DNA of 64,000 nt from Glycera tridactyla (taxonomy: Eukaryota): the NCBI GenBank assembly GCA_965644265.1, contig OZ286460.1, forward strand, positions 5,394,001 to 5,458,000, in the 5' to 3' direction. The translations under genes were made by a program, and so were the position numbers. Positions 8,221 through 22,366 of the stretch are shown here, in pieces (the stretch's first letter is position 1; each line of letters begins with the position of its first letter). Below the pieces are notes generated by a model. That model had not been told where the DNA came from. It ran no database searches and saw only the letters and a list, made by a program, of their open reading frames with translations.

Positions 8221-10251
8221 TAGATAATCACCAATAGATGCGTACAGTACCATCAAAACTAATATCGGACAAGAAATGGCAAATTTAGCACGTGAAAAGT
8301 ACCCGCCACATTTGGATTTGACAGACTTTAGGTCTCATGGAACTAATAACGGACACTCCAGTTTAAGCATATACCTGCATGCAGTATACCGGTAGTAAAC
8401 TCTTGCAGCAGTGTTCTGTACACAGTATAATAACTGGGATGAGATGCTCCACGGTGGCAGACAGGTCTGCTTTACGGCTGTTTACTAATAACACTTCCAA
8501 CTTCCATAATATTTACTGCAGGGGACACTCTTCACTCACATACCAGCTCCAGCCAATGATGAGGTGGAGTAATCATGGTTACCATGGTTTCAGAGAAAAT
8601 ACACTCCAGTAGTGGATGCTGCCTGTTTGTGAAATGTCCAACTGTCAGCATAGTTCCTGCACATGCAACTCGTATGGTTTTTGTCTGTGGAGGTAAGACA
8701 AGTGGTGGTTAACTGGCAGATATACATCACCCAAGATTCCATCGCCATGGCGATGCTTCCCAGCTACTCAAAATAAGCACCAGGTGGAGCTTACCTCCAG
8801 CTTCCACATGCAGAGTGAGAAGGGATCAGCCTCCATCGGAATGAGGCAGGTGAATTTCCAAGATGAACAGATAGACTCTGAATTTACCTGCCCAGTCGAC
8901 AAGTAGAGATGAGAATTAATACAGTTGATATAAAATGGTTGCTGGTAAGTTGAATTCTGAGGGGCACATGAATTTCAATTCAACCTGTCCATCGGGCACC
9001 GGGCAGGTGGATTTTCATCATGCCTTCTTGCTCTGTCATGAGAAGCATTCCATGATCATCTGATATGGCCAATTCTCCCAAATTGGGGCCAAAAAGTGGC
9101 CGATAGGATCACTTTTTCAAACAATCCTGTTTGATAAATCATTATTGCCATTCAGTTCCACCACTTGTTGGGTCTTTATACCAGAAAAATCGGTGAGATC
9201 TGCTGAGCCAAAAAATAATTATCACTGTTTTCATGAGTGGGGGTCGTCAGCCGTTGCGTATGTTACTTTTTTATAAGAATCTCTCAAAAACACTCATAAA
9301 TTGCTCAGAATTAACATTTATCATTATAAATCAATAAACTTTGTTCCAGGATGTCATTCCACACTACTTATTTCCTTCTCAAGGTCAGTCATTCAAAAGG
9401 ATTTGAGCCAGAAATACAATGTCCGTCCTCAATCCTCAGGCACTGTCTCTAATCTTTTTCCTCTAAGCAATCACAATAAGCATAAGTACCAAACTCATTA
9501 TTCTTATGAATACATATTGATGAGATGATGGGAACAGGGTTTTGTCATTCTCTGTAAAATTTGGGAAGTAATTAACATCATCTTATATGTATGTTATTTT
9601 ATGTGATGTATGTTACTGCTGACGCCAATTTTTTATCTCATGTAAATTTCATTCAGAAATTGCCACCAAAAGTAGCTAGTAGCTACATTTATCTTCACAG
9701 TAATCCAAATTTACATAATATCATTGAATAGGCTTGAAAACATTTGGACTTTCCAAGTTATCTGATTTTACATGACCACTCTCAAGAAAAAAAGTCAAGG
9801 ATAACATACATATTGGGTTGTAGCTCATGCAGATTATGTCAAAATAACATGCATATGCTCACATTATCCATATTCCTATACCAAAGTCATCATTTGTGAC
9901 CATCAGTGGATGAAAAAGCATGGATCACCCAAATGTTGAGCAACCGTCCAACAAGTTCAACTTTATCCTGAGATCCCTTGGCTTAGTATCACCTAGTATA
10001 TATGTATGTTATGCAAAGTTTGCATGTTACTATTAATTTTGGATTGACATCCATGCACTTTTTTATCAACTATAAACCAGATTATGAATGAAACCGGAAA
10101 ATCATATAGTGTCATGAATGCATGGGAATCACATTTAAAGGAGTGATCAATCCAAGATGGCACCAGTTGCTTGTAAACATGCTAAAACTCTGACCATAGG
10201 TATGTTACCCATTGATGGAAATGTCACCCTTTAAGTGCCAAATCATTTTTT

Positions 10252-10605
10252 TAGAGGTTGTTTATCACCTTGTTGATTCTTTTCAGCACTGGGTTGGTCA
10301 TTGTAACACTATTTTCAAATGATCTGATGGTGATACACGAGTTGATTCATAGCAGAAATCAGTGGGATTGAATGGTGAATTTGCACTCAAAAATTGACGG
10401 AATGGTAGTAACATACCGTGACACAGTTCAGAGATATCAGGGAGCTATTTATCTCTAACATTTGACATGTCCCAAGGTTGTAAAATGAAGCCCTTCTATC
10501 GATTGTCAAGACTGAGTATGTTTGAGATCTTGGGATTATCTCAATTTGATATAGCACATCACGAAAGTAGGGTGGGTCTGGTGTTATGTTTTGTGCGGTC
10601 AAAAA
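10252..10605 (-). repeat. Unclassified dispersed repeat, inverted copy of 63420-63774
   Basis: The reverse complement aligns by eye nearly base for base with 63420-63774, for example CCGCACAAAACATAACACCAGACCC and CAAACATACTCAGTCTTGACAATC. Confidence 0.8.
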
Positions 10606-11379
10606 TGGCCAATTTTGACCATTAAATTGCCTCCAACTTCACCAAAATTAGAGATATTCCTATCAAAATTGGACCACCTATTGTTTGAATCACATTACAT
10701 CAGTCACCATGTTCAAATTCTGGGTGAAAGCTGCTGAATTTACATCTTTCGGTAGCTGGCCCCAATTTCGGAGAGTTGGCCATATATTAACATCCAAGAG
10801 ATGAATCCTTCTAGAGAATGATGGGTCTAACTTTCTTGGAGGAGTGACAACTGTATTCCACTCTACAGATAATAATAACAAAGCCACAGAGATGGACTGG
10901 ACAGACGTACATATGTACAGATGCTCGGAGGTGGAAATTTATAATAATAACTAGAGCTTTGTCACATAGGTGACTAAAAATACCCCCGCCGCCACTTTGA
11001 CACAGACTGTATGCAACATGGCCAAGGGACAGCAAACCTGTCACACCAAAAAGTGGCCTTTATAGACAGGTGGATTTTATAGAGGTCATTTACTGTTGAG
11101 ATTTTTATCACAGTCGCAGCTCAGGTGGCCTTTATAGGCAGGTGGTCTTAGAGAGGTGGTCTCTTGAGCATGTTCAACTGTGTGTGTGGGGGGGGGGGGG
11201 GTGTTGAGGGAGCAAAGGAATAAATGGGGTCACAGCAACAGAAGCGTGTCTATTACGGAGAATCTTACATAACAATGAAAGGAAAGCCAAGGCAGTGTGA
11301 GAGGCCTTACACCATACAGACAATGGATAAGCCTTGTTGATTTCTGGCTGCCTCAAATTCCAAACTTATGGATACAACC

Positions 11380-11640
11380 AAACACACAAATACAAAAAAT
11401 CTCCTTTTTCTAAAATAACTCTGGAATGAGTAGATCAATCTGCACGAAAATTGTGTCTTGCACATCTACACTTCATGGTGATGACATATGCCAAGTCTCA
11501 ATCCAATAGCTTGAGAAATGTGGGAGTAGTTCACCGGACAAACTTTTGCGGACAGACCAACCAACCGACCGACAACTGACCAACCAACAGAGTGACTCCA
11601 GTATACCCCCTTCCAAACTTCGTTTGGGCGGGGGTATAAT
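11380..11640. mobile_element. Helentron-associated (HINE/DINE-1-like) element end
   Basis: A (GACC/AACC)n microsatellite, then GAGTGACTCCAG, then the terminal hairpin TATACCCCC-TTCCAAAC-TTC-GTTTGG-GC-GGGGGTATAA (11602-11639). The left boundary is uncertain. Confidence 0.6.
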
Positions 11641-14600
11641 AATAACAACAACAACAATAATAGCAACAATAATAGAATCAATAAGTTCTGTCCTAAGAAC
11701 GAGAATACTCTGCAGAACTGTATCTCATAAACACTTCAAATTCTTGGCACAACTTTCTGTCATCTTTCACAAATTCCAATGTAGTATATATCATTCATGG
11801 TCAGGATCGTGAATTCTAATTTGAGATCGAAACTCCAGATGTGAGTAAATGATGATGAGAATAGTGTGATCAGAGCACGTCATGGCGTAATCGGAGCACG
11901 TCATGGTGATGCATAACTGTCGGAGATGAATAGAAAGTCGCGGTGAGCAGCATGGCATCAATGGATTAATCAATAGCCAATCGAAAATTACATCCGCACA
12001 ATCAATCCAAAGTGTCCNNNNNNNNNNNNNNNNNNNNNNNNNNNNNNNNNNNNNNNNNNNNNNNNNNNNNNNNNNNNNNNNNNNNNNNNNNNNNNNNNNN
12101 NNNNNNNNNNNNNNNNNNNNNNNNNNNNNNNNNNNNNNNNNNNNNNNNNNNNNNNNNNNNNNNNNNNNNNNNNNNNNNNNNNNNNNNNNNNNNNNNNNNN
12201 NNNNNNNNNNGGCTGGTGTGTGTGTGTGTGTGCGTGGGTGTGTTCAAGTGTGTCAGTCAGTGCATGTGTGTGAGTTGACCCGAGCACACACTCATATATA
12301 TATGTGTGTATGAATACCCTGCCCAGGTATCTAATCAATCCCAACAGAGGCCCTGCACCTTGCTTCACTGACGCGGTTACTGCATGACAAAATCCCTCCC
12401 TCATACATCAGGACACACCAGATCCACGCATTGGAATTCAAAGTTCTGGTGACAATCGTAAACCAATTCCTGTGAAACATGCACAGTGAGACCCCTTAAA
12501 TATCACCAAAAAGCAGTCTCAGAAAAAATGGTCTCTCCTCAGAGGAATATTTGACCAAGTCAAATTATAAGGCTCTGAAAAAGTAGTCTGCCATTGGGAG
12601 GTGGTCTCTCGTTGGGGTCACTCATTGTAGGTTTGTATTTTCCATTCATGGTTGTCAATATACTTTATATGGACCATAAGTTATATATAAGACCCCAGGA
12701 TTGGAGACCATTTACTCCAAAAATATTACAACTGAATACATTTTCCATTCATCTGTCTCCCACGTATATCTCTACCAGAAAGTGACTTTTTGCTAGGTGT
12801 AGAACATCCTCAATATTTTTTGATTCATATCAGATAGTCCTCCCAGCTTCTTTATACCCCCTCCACAGATATATTGTGAATGATATCTATGTCACCACTA
12901 TCCCGAATCCTGGGAAGAGTAAATCTGATTTCAGGAGAGTTGAAAGGTCATGATCAGGATGGGAGTGTGACATTTAATGTGCATATCCTGACTGCAGGCT
13001 CTATCCTCCATACGAAATGTCTCATAAAACGATAAGATGATGGATACCCTTTGAAAAGTGAAGACAGACCATCACCATCTTCCCTCCGCTGACAACAAGC
13101 CACATTAACCACGGGACTGTAATTGTGGTGGAAAAAAATATCGGTGAGTGTTGGTGATGGTGGCAGTTGGGTGTCTTAACTGTCATATTTTTAGTTTGGA
13201 ATGATTTGGACAAGTGAAAATTATCCCAGGCCAATGGTTTTGCCATTCTACTCTCCCAAAGGGAGAATGACTTTCAGAGTTTTCTGCAAAGACTGTTCAG
13301 GGTATTTCACATGATTTTGTAGTGATAAAATATGAGAAATAATATGTAAATTACATTGACTAGTGCAAGAGATGGCGGAGCATGTAGTTTGTCACTTACA
13401 ATTAGCAACAAGTGTCTGGTATTCTGACACCATGCCCGCGCTTGACATCAAACCTCTTCTAAATACGGGCTTGTTAATTGACGTGACGCAGCAGTCAAAC
13501 GCGCGATGCTGCCAGTTGACCTGTGACCTGGATTATGACATCATGTTGCGATTCCCGTGTCAGTGGGGCATAATCGCGTCATATGAACAAACAAAAATCA
13601 ACTGATCAAAAGTTTCACACTAAATTTGACCATTCATCTTAGTGAAAGTAGATGTATTTGTAGAATTCTATCTAGGTCAATAACTACATGTACTTCAAAC
13701 AATGTTCCTCGAATAAACATCAACATCATTGTGCATGGAGAATGATTCACCAAAAACAGGTGCCACAAAAAAGGCGAACCGACAGTAGTATAATTCATAT
13801 GCTTCTATATGTTACGGTTTATTCAGTGTATTAATATTTCCCTGTCGTGTTTTTTGGGATGACACCCATGTAGATAACATAATAAAGTTGATTTCCCTCT
13901 TGATTTGCCTCTCCGCAGTGTTTTTCGAGGCATTTCTCAAAAAAATATGTGCACTATAGTACATGAGAGGAACTTGTCTCTGGGATCCACTGCCGGGAAT
14001 GATTTCTTCATGAATGCTCCGCCACCCCGTGCCTCATTCTGGGATCAGAGTTTGCTTCATGAGACACGAGACACTGTTGGTTGAAAGGCTGAAGTGCTGT
14101 AGACGTAGACAATATTGTAAGGCTCATTGGCTTTCACACCTGGTGTCTGCTCGCTCACTCACATATGATTGTTTTTCACACTCTCTGTTCACACTCTTAC
14201 GATGCTGAAACAACGAGACTTGCCCTCCTCATACTGAGATACAGAGGGCAAGAATATCTCACAACTCCGCACACAAGACAGCTTGCACCTTCACAAGCTA
14301 CAGTCCGTTCACCTTACTTTGTGGTGCCTATTTTTCGTAGATCATTCTTCAAAAACTACGATGCCGATGTCCGTTGCGAAACATCGTTTGAAGTTATTAA
14401 TGACCTAATAAGAATTCAGCAGAAATATCCAAAATGGTGAATATAAACATAAGACTTTAGCGAGAACACTTGATCAATTCATTGTCATATGCTAATATTT
14501 TGATGAATTATCAGCAAAAAACAGGCACCACAAAAAACCAAGATACATAACCAGGTTCAAATCCCCAAGAATACCGTTGATTTCTGAGAATGTAATTTGT

Positions 14601-15061
14601 AAATTTGAAACGTGTTCCTTGAAACATGGCTTCCTTCTGACCGTCTCCCATTACGTGAGAATTTCACAAACCGCTTAAATACGAGTATGACTGGATGGTT
14701 AACATGTCTCTGGGTGTCTGTGAGGGGGAGTGGTGCATGCTCCTGGAAGGCTGTGTAGCTGGTTTTCAGAGGCAGTCTTCATAGCTCAACGCATCAGACA
14801 GCTTGCTCCTTCACATGCTAGGTGGTTGGTGCCATGCTGGAGGTCCAGGTTCAAATCCACAAGAAATCAGATGATATCTGAGAATTCGATCAGTGCATTC
14901 GGGGGTTAGTACTGTGTAGTAGTTTGGATACCTACAAAACTTGGATGAAAAACTTTGTAGCACATGCATGTCAAATCTGATGAAGCTAGGTGCCAGGATC
15001 AACCAAAACAATCAAAGTTCTGTTGAGCAACCACTTGTCCTGACCAATCAAATCGCATATA

Positions 15062-15215
15062 CAGTGAAACAGTTGCAAGAGGCACCAATAGACTACCTCT
15101 GACAGGAGACCACTTTTTGAGGAGCCATGGTCAAATTCACCTCCAAGAGACCGTCTCTTTTAAGAGAGCACATTTTGATGACATTCAGGGTAGTCTCTCA
15201 CCACAGGTTCGACTG
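15062..15215. mobile_element. Tc1/mariner (pogo/Tigger-like) MITE, CAGT...ACTG family
   Basis: TA|CAGTGAAAC ... GTTCGACTG|TA with internal GAGACCAC-type repeats. Confidence 0.75.
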
Positions 15216-15347
15216 TATTTTAAAGTGGTTGCTGTTGACAGATTTCCTTGTAGAGTACATGGAGTATGCTTCCTGAATGGACTCTGCTCAGTTTTTTAAG
15301 CTCTTGAAGAGTAAGAGAAGTATATGTCTTACAAATTGTACACTCAC

Positions 15348-15475
15348 CTTTCTGAGTTTAGGATTCTGCTTGGCCTTTTCGAGCTCTTCTTCGAGGTATG
15401 TTCGAACTCCGATCTTACAATCCATGACACACGGCGATTCAAACTCACAGAGTAGATCCTGCATTTGTACATATT
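15348..15475 (-). CDS. IP3K: Inositol-trisphosphate 3-kinase, internal exon (third exon seen)
   Basis: Encodes (K)[42 protein letters not shown], which contains the inositol phosphate kinase signature PxxxDxKxG. Acceptor CACAG, donor GTGAGT. The 128 nt length fits phase 1 to phase 0. Confidence 0.93.
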
Positions 15476-15947
15476 CTGTGACAGTAGTCAAGGAAGATCA
15501 TACATGCATTCAAAATGGTAAAACAAAATAAAGGAAAGCTTGTGAACAACTTCCAACTACCACTGTGAGTACCGAAAATCTTCTGCATTATAAAAATAAA
15601 GGAAGTAAGCATTTGTAGCATCTTCGATTTGGAATGTATTGTTTGTGATTGAAATGGATTAATGATAATAAAACAGAATAGACAAATGAGGTATATACAT
15701 ATTTGATTCAATATGACTTTTTAACGATAAACAAGGACACAGCGGGGCAAGATGGAAATCTGGAAAATATAAACTTGCCTCCAGTGAGAGATCACCTCTT
15801 TCATAAGACCAGTTTTCATTGGCGTTTAGGGTGGATGGGTTCCACTGCATGAAAACATTGGCTAGAAGATACCCCAAAATGTCATTAAAAAGACATGCAT
15901 TATTAGCATCGGAATAGATCAATATTGATGAGAAGAATAAAGGATAC

Positions 15948-16088
15948 TATCTCCATCCTTCTCCACGTCCGCCAGATATTCGGGCACATACGGCCGCAGG
16001 ATATCCGTCATCAGCGTTGTGAGACATTTATGTTCCTTCGGACACAGTTTCTTCAATATCGTACCGGATTCACCCGCACGGAAGTTTC
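15948..16088 (-). CDS. IP3K: Inositol-trisphosphate 3-kinase, internal exon (second exon seen)
   Basis: Encodes (G)NFRAGESGTILKKLCPKEHKCLTTLMTDILRPYVPEYLADVEKDGD. Acceptor TTTTTGTTGTAG, donor GTATCC. It is 141 nt, phase 1 to 1, and joins both neighbouring exons in frame. Confidence 0.92.
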
Positions 16089-16478
16089 CTACAACAAAAA
16101 GACAGAAATATATCATTATATGCCTTGGAGATGTTGGCCAAGTGGATGGGGAGCATTCCATCTGGTTGAAACGTGGTGTTGCCAACCACAAGTGAAAGGT
16201 CCCAGGCTTGAACAACCTTCAAATCAACCTTTCAAACTGCAGTGTGTGTGGGTAAACTTGCATCCTCCTAGTTGGAACGTACATCATTATATGCAAAAAG
16301 ATAACAGAATCTGTTCAGCGTTATATCAACAATATCCATCTGTGTGAGGGAGAAATAAGAGAGGACAAGCAAATCTATTTACTAAGTGTTTCAATTGAGG
16401 TAAACCTGCTATGAAAGACCACCAAAGACTGTCTAGTAAGACTTATTTCACAATCCTTTTGCCTGTTTATTTGATATA

Positions 16479-16656
16479 CAGTCAAACCTGCTCCGAAGAC
16501 CACCTCTCTATAAAGACCACCAGCATATAAAGACCACCCTGACATATGACTGTGATGGTATTTTCAATAGCAAATGACCTCTCTATGAAGACCAGCTGCC
16601 CATAAAGACCACTTTTTGATGAGACTGGAGGTGGTCTTTATAGCCAGGTTTGACTG
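16479..16656. mobile_element. CAGT...ACTG MITE
   Basis: TA|CAGTCAAACCTG ... CAGGTTTGACTG with repeated AAGACCACC units. Confidence 0.75.
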
Positions 16657-16798
16657 CAGTCAGATATACCTCTGATGAGGGATTACAGTAGGTCCTGCTT
16701 GAGAGACCACCAATCTATAAAGGCCACCAGCCTACAAAGACCACCCTCTTTGGCTCTAGGAGGAGAAGGCGCTATATGAATGTACAATATCATAAGTA

Positions 16799-17833
16799 CC
16801 TTATACTCGCATATAAGCCTTCTCCGCATATAAGCCAGGGGTACGATTTCGCCGCCAAAAGTCGGGATTTAGTCAATTATTCGAATATAAGCCACCCCTC
16901 TGCTTTTGCTGAGTGAACACGGTGACAAGTGCCGTGATACATCAAAGACAACTTTGCCAATTCGCGGCTTACCCCGGCTATTGTTTGTTCGTTCACGCCA
17001 ACACGCTTCAATGATTCACGGGTACAATCCATGCTGAGGTGATCTCCGCCACTGAAAACATGTGGCAAGGCCGAAAGAGCATGTATTTCGCGATGATAAT
17101 GAAAGGCTGGCTTCACCAACAGAGATTTGAGTGCCATTGTTAGGTCATGTGACAAGACTGGCATCCCGGATATGAAGGGAAACCCCGGAATTACGTTAAC
17201 ATAGCTCCGATGAATTATGCAAATTGGCTTTTTTCTCGTTATTGATCATGTGACGAATGGTGGTCAAAATGGCGGAACACAACCGGATGGTTATACAGGC
17301 ATTGTTTTCATCACGTTTATGACGAATCTGTCGGGATTTTCTACCAAACGATCATCAAACGTGCCATTAGTTTTGATACTCGTGTATCTGGGACTATTGA
17401 TTGACATCCAGCAAGTATTTTTGGCATTTTGAGAGCGATCAGCAGTGATGAAAAAGATCGTTTTCAGCATCAGTCTGTCGACCGGCAAGTGTTTCGCAAA
17501 GGCATCTGTACTCTCGTTAGACTCTGTGTTATAAAAATATCAATTTCTCAAGAACCATGTAATTAATCAACTAACGGCTTATGGCATGATAAATAGAACA
17601 ATATTGCTGACAAATCCCTCACATGGATAGAATTTTATTTGTTGGGGAACCGTGTTTTTGTTGGTTCTTTCGAAATCCAAGATGGCGGCGGCCGCTTGCG
17701 AAGCCCTTACCTGCTCACGGGTCTTCTTTGAAATTTGGCTCTGAAGAAATTCATACTCGCGTATAAGCCGCCCCCCTGCTTTTTTCCCGTTTTTTTGGTG
17801 TCGAAAAATGGGCTTATATGTGAGTATATACGG
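16799..17833. mobile_element. Tc2/pogo-like non-autonomous DNA transposon, about 1.03 kb, apparently complete
   Basis: TA|CCTTATACTCGCATATAAGCC at the left end and GGCTTATATGTGAGTATATACGG|TA at the right end, giving imperfect TIRs with TA flanks. Extra TIR-like motifs lie subterminally, and there is no transposase ORF. The Tc2 assignment rests on the CCGTA-type terminus. Confidence 0.75.
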
Positions 17834-18061
17834 TACTATTATTATAACCATCATTCATTGCTTTAAAATTTCACCAACAACTTGAACACACCCCATGCAG
17901 GTTTTCAAGGTTCATATCCACAAGAAATTGGATGATTCCTGGAAATGTAAACTGTACATTCCAATGGTGTATTGTGAAATATAGTTAAATTCAATTTTTA
18001 TTAGTAGCATCATCATTATCATTGCTACTACATAATCAAGTCAACCACCTCACAAGTTTGT

Positions 18062-18230
18062 TTGTCGGTTTGTTTGTTTGATGTTTAACAGCATGTATCA
18101 ACCCACAGGATTATGTATGCTGTGTATTGCTCGTCAATGAGAGCTAGATTTTCTCTCCCCTGTAGACATCACTCTCACAAACCTTGAACACAAGATGATG
18201 GGAATATGAAATGTTGTCAAGTGGAAGCCA
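18062..18230 (-). mobile_element. SINE-like repeat with (CAAA)n tail; related copies at about 18470-18620, 20310-20670, 45170-45395, 50830-50945, 51855-52150 and 55003-55190
   Basis: Shared core CTCTCACAAACCCTGAACACAAGATGATGGG and GTAGCTGACAGTTCAGACAC. The sense strand ends in TAAACMTCAAACAAACAAAC. The SINE class is inferred from this tail. Confidence 0.55.
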
Positions 18231-20369
18231 AGTCATGAGGGAAGGTAGGAATGAGCTAGCAATAACGTAAAGCATGAACAAGTCGACATCAGCTGATGGG
18301 GGAAGTTTTTTTCCACCAAGTAACTAATTTTTTAACAGGTTTTCCTGCTAAGATCAGCAGTTTGTGATGAGTTGACAGCCGACATGCGACAACAATAGGC
18401 ACACAGGCCCCATCGTGCAGTCCCAGAACTGGCACCTCTCACAGCTGGGGTAGGATTGACAGGTTGATGTTTACTAGCATGCATCAACCCTGAGGATTAT
18501 GTATGCCATGTATTCCTGGTCAATGGAGGCTGGATGTTCTTTCCCCTGTAGGCATGACTTTCACAAACCCTCAACACAAAGTGATAGGGACCTGTGGAAG
18601 TAGCTGACAGTTCAGACACACAGGAGCATATGGAATCTACAGTCGAACCTGCTCTAAAGACCACCTCTCCATAAAGATCACATCTCTATAAAGACCACCT
18701 GAGCTATGACCGTGATAGTTTTTTCAACAGTAAATAATCTCTCTATAAAGACCACCTGCCTATTAAGACCACTTTTTGATGTGAATGAAGGTCGTCTGTA
18801 TTATTGAACATGATGATGGTATATCTAACTACAATGAATGTATCTGGCTGGAAGCTGACACTCGAGCCTGATGGCAATGCTTTTTCTTCAGCAAACCATA
18901 GTACAGTACTTAAAACAAGGAAAAACATTAGGTTCGGGAATACTCAACCATTGTGTTCAATCATGAACTGTCAACTTCAAACCAGCTTTACAATTATGGG
19001 ATGGGGGTTGGAGAGATCTGCTGAACTAGGCTAGAAAAATATGGCAAGTGTTGAAACTTGAAATGAGAGACCGCCCCATATGTCAGCAGAAAGGGGTCTC
19101 TCAAAAGAAGTGGTCTCCCATCAAAGGCATACTTGACTGGCAAAAAAAGAGGTGCCCTGAAACAGTAGTCTCTCGTCAATTGTGGTCTCTCATCAGGGTA
19201 ACATTTGTCACAGGTTTCCCTGTATAGCAATAGGGTAGTTCTACAGCAACCAGCACAGAAGAAAACCACAATGTATGCAACCAGCCAGGTCTGCGGAGGA
19301 AGGCAGGCCATTCAGGTGACTTCAATCATCCGATTATTGGCTCTTGTGGTCCGGTACAATCACATTTGTTAGTAGAAATTTGCCTGTATTTGCAATGCAA
19401 GCGAATATGTTCTATTTGGTATGCAAGAGAGTCCAAGAAGATCACCACACCTTCTCCCCAATAGGTCAAAACATGAGCCTGTACCAACATGATTTCACAA
19501 ATCACAATGTTCACGTCCTACATAACAAGTCGGGATGGTTTGAAAGGGCCATATAGATCAACACCTCTCAACCATCTCTCAACTGGGACTGGGGCTGGCA
19601 CTCCCTCCCCAGCATTCATGGGGATATCCTTCGATAAATACAAGTGTATAAACAAGTGGTATCTAACTGTCTATCTTGATGGGAAATTTCTCTATCCACA
19701 GCACGCTATATTTCAAACTATGGATAATCTTCAACTAGTCTTATGGAATTTTTCTTCCACTTGTAGGTGAAATATGAATATCAATGATCAGATGATCTTA
19801 TCAATATCTTCAATCACAAGCAATGAAAATTTCACCTGTCGAAGATGAAAATCACATGTATTGCAGTTGTGAAACTTCTCTGGTCCTTCAAAAAGTGGCA
19901 GCACCACCTTCATACAAAGTACATACAGAATAACTAAACAATCTCAGAAACCTTGAACACAAGATGAGAGGGAACTAGAGTTACAAAGATGTTGTTTTTG
20001 GTTTCAAGACCATCCATGAAGAACGAAAATTAACCTACATTGAAATGATTTATTAAGATGATGCACAATGTTTGAGAGGTTGTAACATGGAAGAAGCTGA
20101 CAGTTCAGTGAAACTAATCAAATGAGAAATGGAATAGGCAATACAGGCAATTTACTTGAGAAAGGCAGAATGAGGTGTGAGGTGTTGAAATGCATCCCTT
20201 CAGTTATGTTCCCATCATCTTGTGTACAGGGTCTGTGAGAGTGATACTTGCAGGGGACAGATCACCCAGCTCTCATTGCCGTGGAACACACTGTACAGTG
20301 TACATACTAGAAATCACTCAAACCACTCATCCTATCAGGCTTGAGTGCCAGCTTCCAGCCAGACGCATA

Positions 20370-20472
20370 CAGTCAGACCTGTCCTAAGCAGCCACCCTTC
20401 GGGAAGGCAAAAAGTGGCTGCTTAGAGCAGGTGGCAGCTTAGTTCAGTGGCTGCCTAGGACAGGTTAGACTG
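20370..20472. mobile_element. Short CAGT...ACTG MITE (GCAGCCACC variant) inserted in a SINE-like copy
   Basis: TA|CAGTCAGACCTGTCCTAAGCAGCCAC ... GTGGCTGCCTAGGACAGGTTAGACTG|TA; the SINE-like sequence continues on both sides. Confidence 0.8.
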
Positions 20473-21042
20473 TAATTATATGCCATCTCATTGTTCATCA
20501 TGTTTATGTCAGTTGGATAGAGATGTGTCTGAACTGTCTTGTGTTCAGGATTTATGTAAGTGATGGCTGCAGAGGACAGAAAAATGGAGCTTTCATTGAA
20601 CAGGAACACATGGCGTACATAATCCTATGAATTTAAAGCATGCCTTTAAACCTCAACCAAACCAACCAACCCTCATTGCAAGTTTTACCCGGGCAATTAT
20701 GGATGGTTTGAGAGCTAGCCGAGATTGTGACACATCTCTAGTGAGTTTCGTCAGAGATGAATGCCGTCTCTTGTCTGTTCCCATCACAGGGTTTGACGCG
20801 TGTCACATCACAGAAGTTGTCCATTTCTCATGTCTTCCACACCACATATCATGCACACATATGTAATTACAGCTTGAAGGAGATATATAGACTTGTGCAT
20901 TATAAACCATGGCTTTGTATTTTCTTCACAAATGTGAGCGGCCAATCATCAAGACAGCTTCACAAAGACCCTCAAAAATTGATTTGATGAGTCAGCATTA
21001 TCATATAATTAGATATATGTTCCCGTTCTTGGAGAGAATATA

Positions 21043-22012
21043 CAGTCGAACCTCCACTAACGACCACCTCCATAGAGCGACCACCTCCTTGTAACGACCA
21101 CCCATGACCGTGACAAACGTATTTTTCACTATATTCGACCTCTCTATAGCGACCACCTCCCGACTCCGACCAGCGACCGCCATGTCTGGTCGGCGAACCT
21201 CCCAATAACGACCGCTCACAGCCGGGATTGTCCGTACCTGACACCATGAAATGTGGTCACCTAGCCATCATCCCTTCCAATGACCGGGATTGTCTTTACT
21301 GGATATCGTGATATGTGCTCAGATCAGCTCACTTCGCTGGCTGTTTACATCCTAGCCGCCCCCTGCTAACCACCGCCATGGCCGGCCGGCAGTCTGTACC
21401 TGAGACAGTGAAATGAGCTCAGATCGCTCACTCTCTGCTCATATTCCGCCAGCGAGCCCCTTGTCACCGCCCTCCCTCCAACGACCGCCCTGTAGCCGGC
21501 CGGGATTATCCATACCTGAGACCGGGAAACATGCTCAGCAAGCCTGCTCACGTTCCCTTATTTTAATATCACCTTCTAGAACCACTATATCCGTCTTCAT
21601 ATTCGAATAATGCAAATAACACGAGTTTCGTTCAATCATCCAGGTATATTTCTCTATGTGATGTTTACAGTGATGGCAGCCACGGTCTCGTTCTTCACAC
21701 GGCTGATGAACAAATTTATCTCATTGTTGGCGATCATGTCGATATTTCGTAAATTTCGGTTGTAATACAAATGGATACAACTGACATGCATCGATTTGAC
21801 AATATTTACTGTCAATTGTGAGACCGGATTCATCTTTACTTGGAGGTAGAATGTGAAGGTGTTATAAGCAGTGTACACCTGTCAGCTGTCACTTGCTGGC
21901 CACAAACGTGTGTGAATGTATTTTTCATCAGAACCTCTCTATAGAGGCCACCTCCAAATAACGACCACTCTGGCGTGCAACCGAGGGTGGTCGTTATAGG
22001 GAGGCTCGACTG
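21043..22012. mobile_element. 970 bp CAGT...ACTG non-autonomous transposon (ACGACCACC variant) with a unique CpG-rich interior
   Basis: TA|CAGTCGAACCTCC ... GGAGGCTCGACTG|TA, with multiple CGACCACC repeats near both ends. Confidence 0.8.
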
Positions 22013-22214
22013 TACATTAAAACATACATACACACTGTATTTTAGAGTGCCACATATAGATTGAAACATTCGTACACACTGTGTGCCTAGAGTGCCACAC
22101 ATCTCTCATTTATATCCACTGAGCATGTAAATCGTAAATCAATGCTAAGCACATTCAACTTCTATGTCAGGAACTTATTCCATTATTGGCAATCCGATCT
22201 TAACCTTCTGATTA

Positions 22215-22366
22215 CAGTCAAACCTGCTTGATACCACCTCTATACATAGACCACCCCAGACCAAGACTACAGTAGTATTTTCTCCATTAGAGAACCTAGC
22301 TATAGAGACCATTAGTCCACTATTCTCTCATGCATCAAAGAGTGGTCTTTGTAGCAGGTTTGACTG
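22215..22366. mobile_element. CAGT...ACTG MITE
   Basis: TA|CAGTCAAACCTGCT ... AGCAGGTTTGACTG|TA. Confidence 0.8.

Noticed and set aside
8740-8755. Perfect 16 bp palindrome CATCGCCATGGCGATG
   Set aside because: It is isolated and has no supporting context, so I cannot assign it a function.
14781-14858. tRNA gene (TAGCTCA A-box-like and GGTTCAAATCC B-box)
   Set aside because: No cloverleaf can be formed. At most this is a decayed tRNA-derived SINE head.
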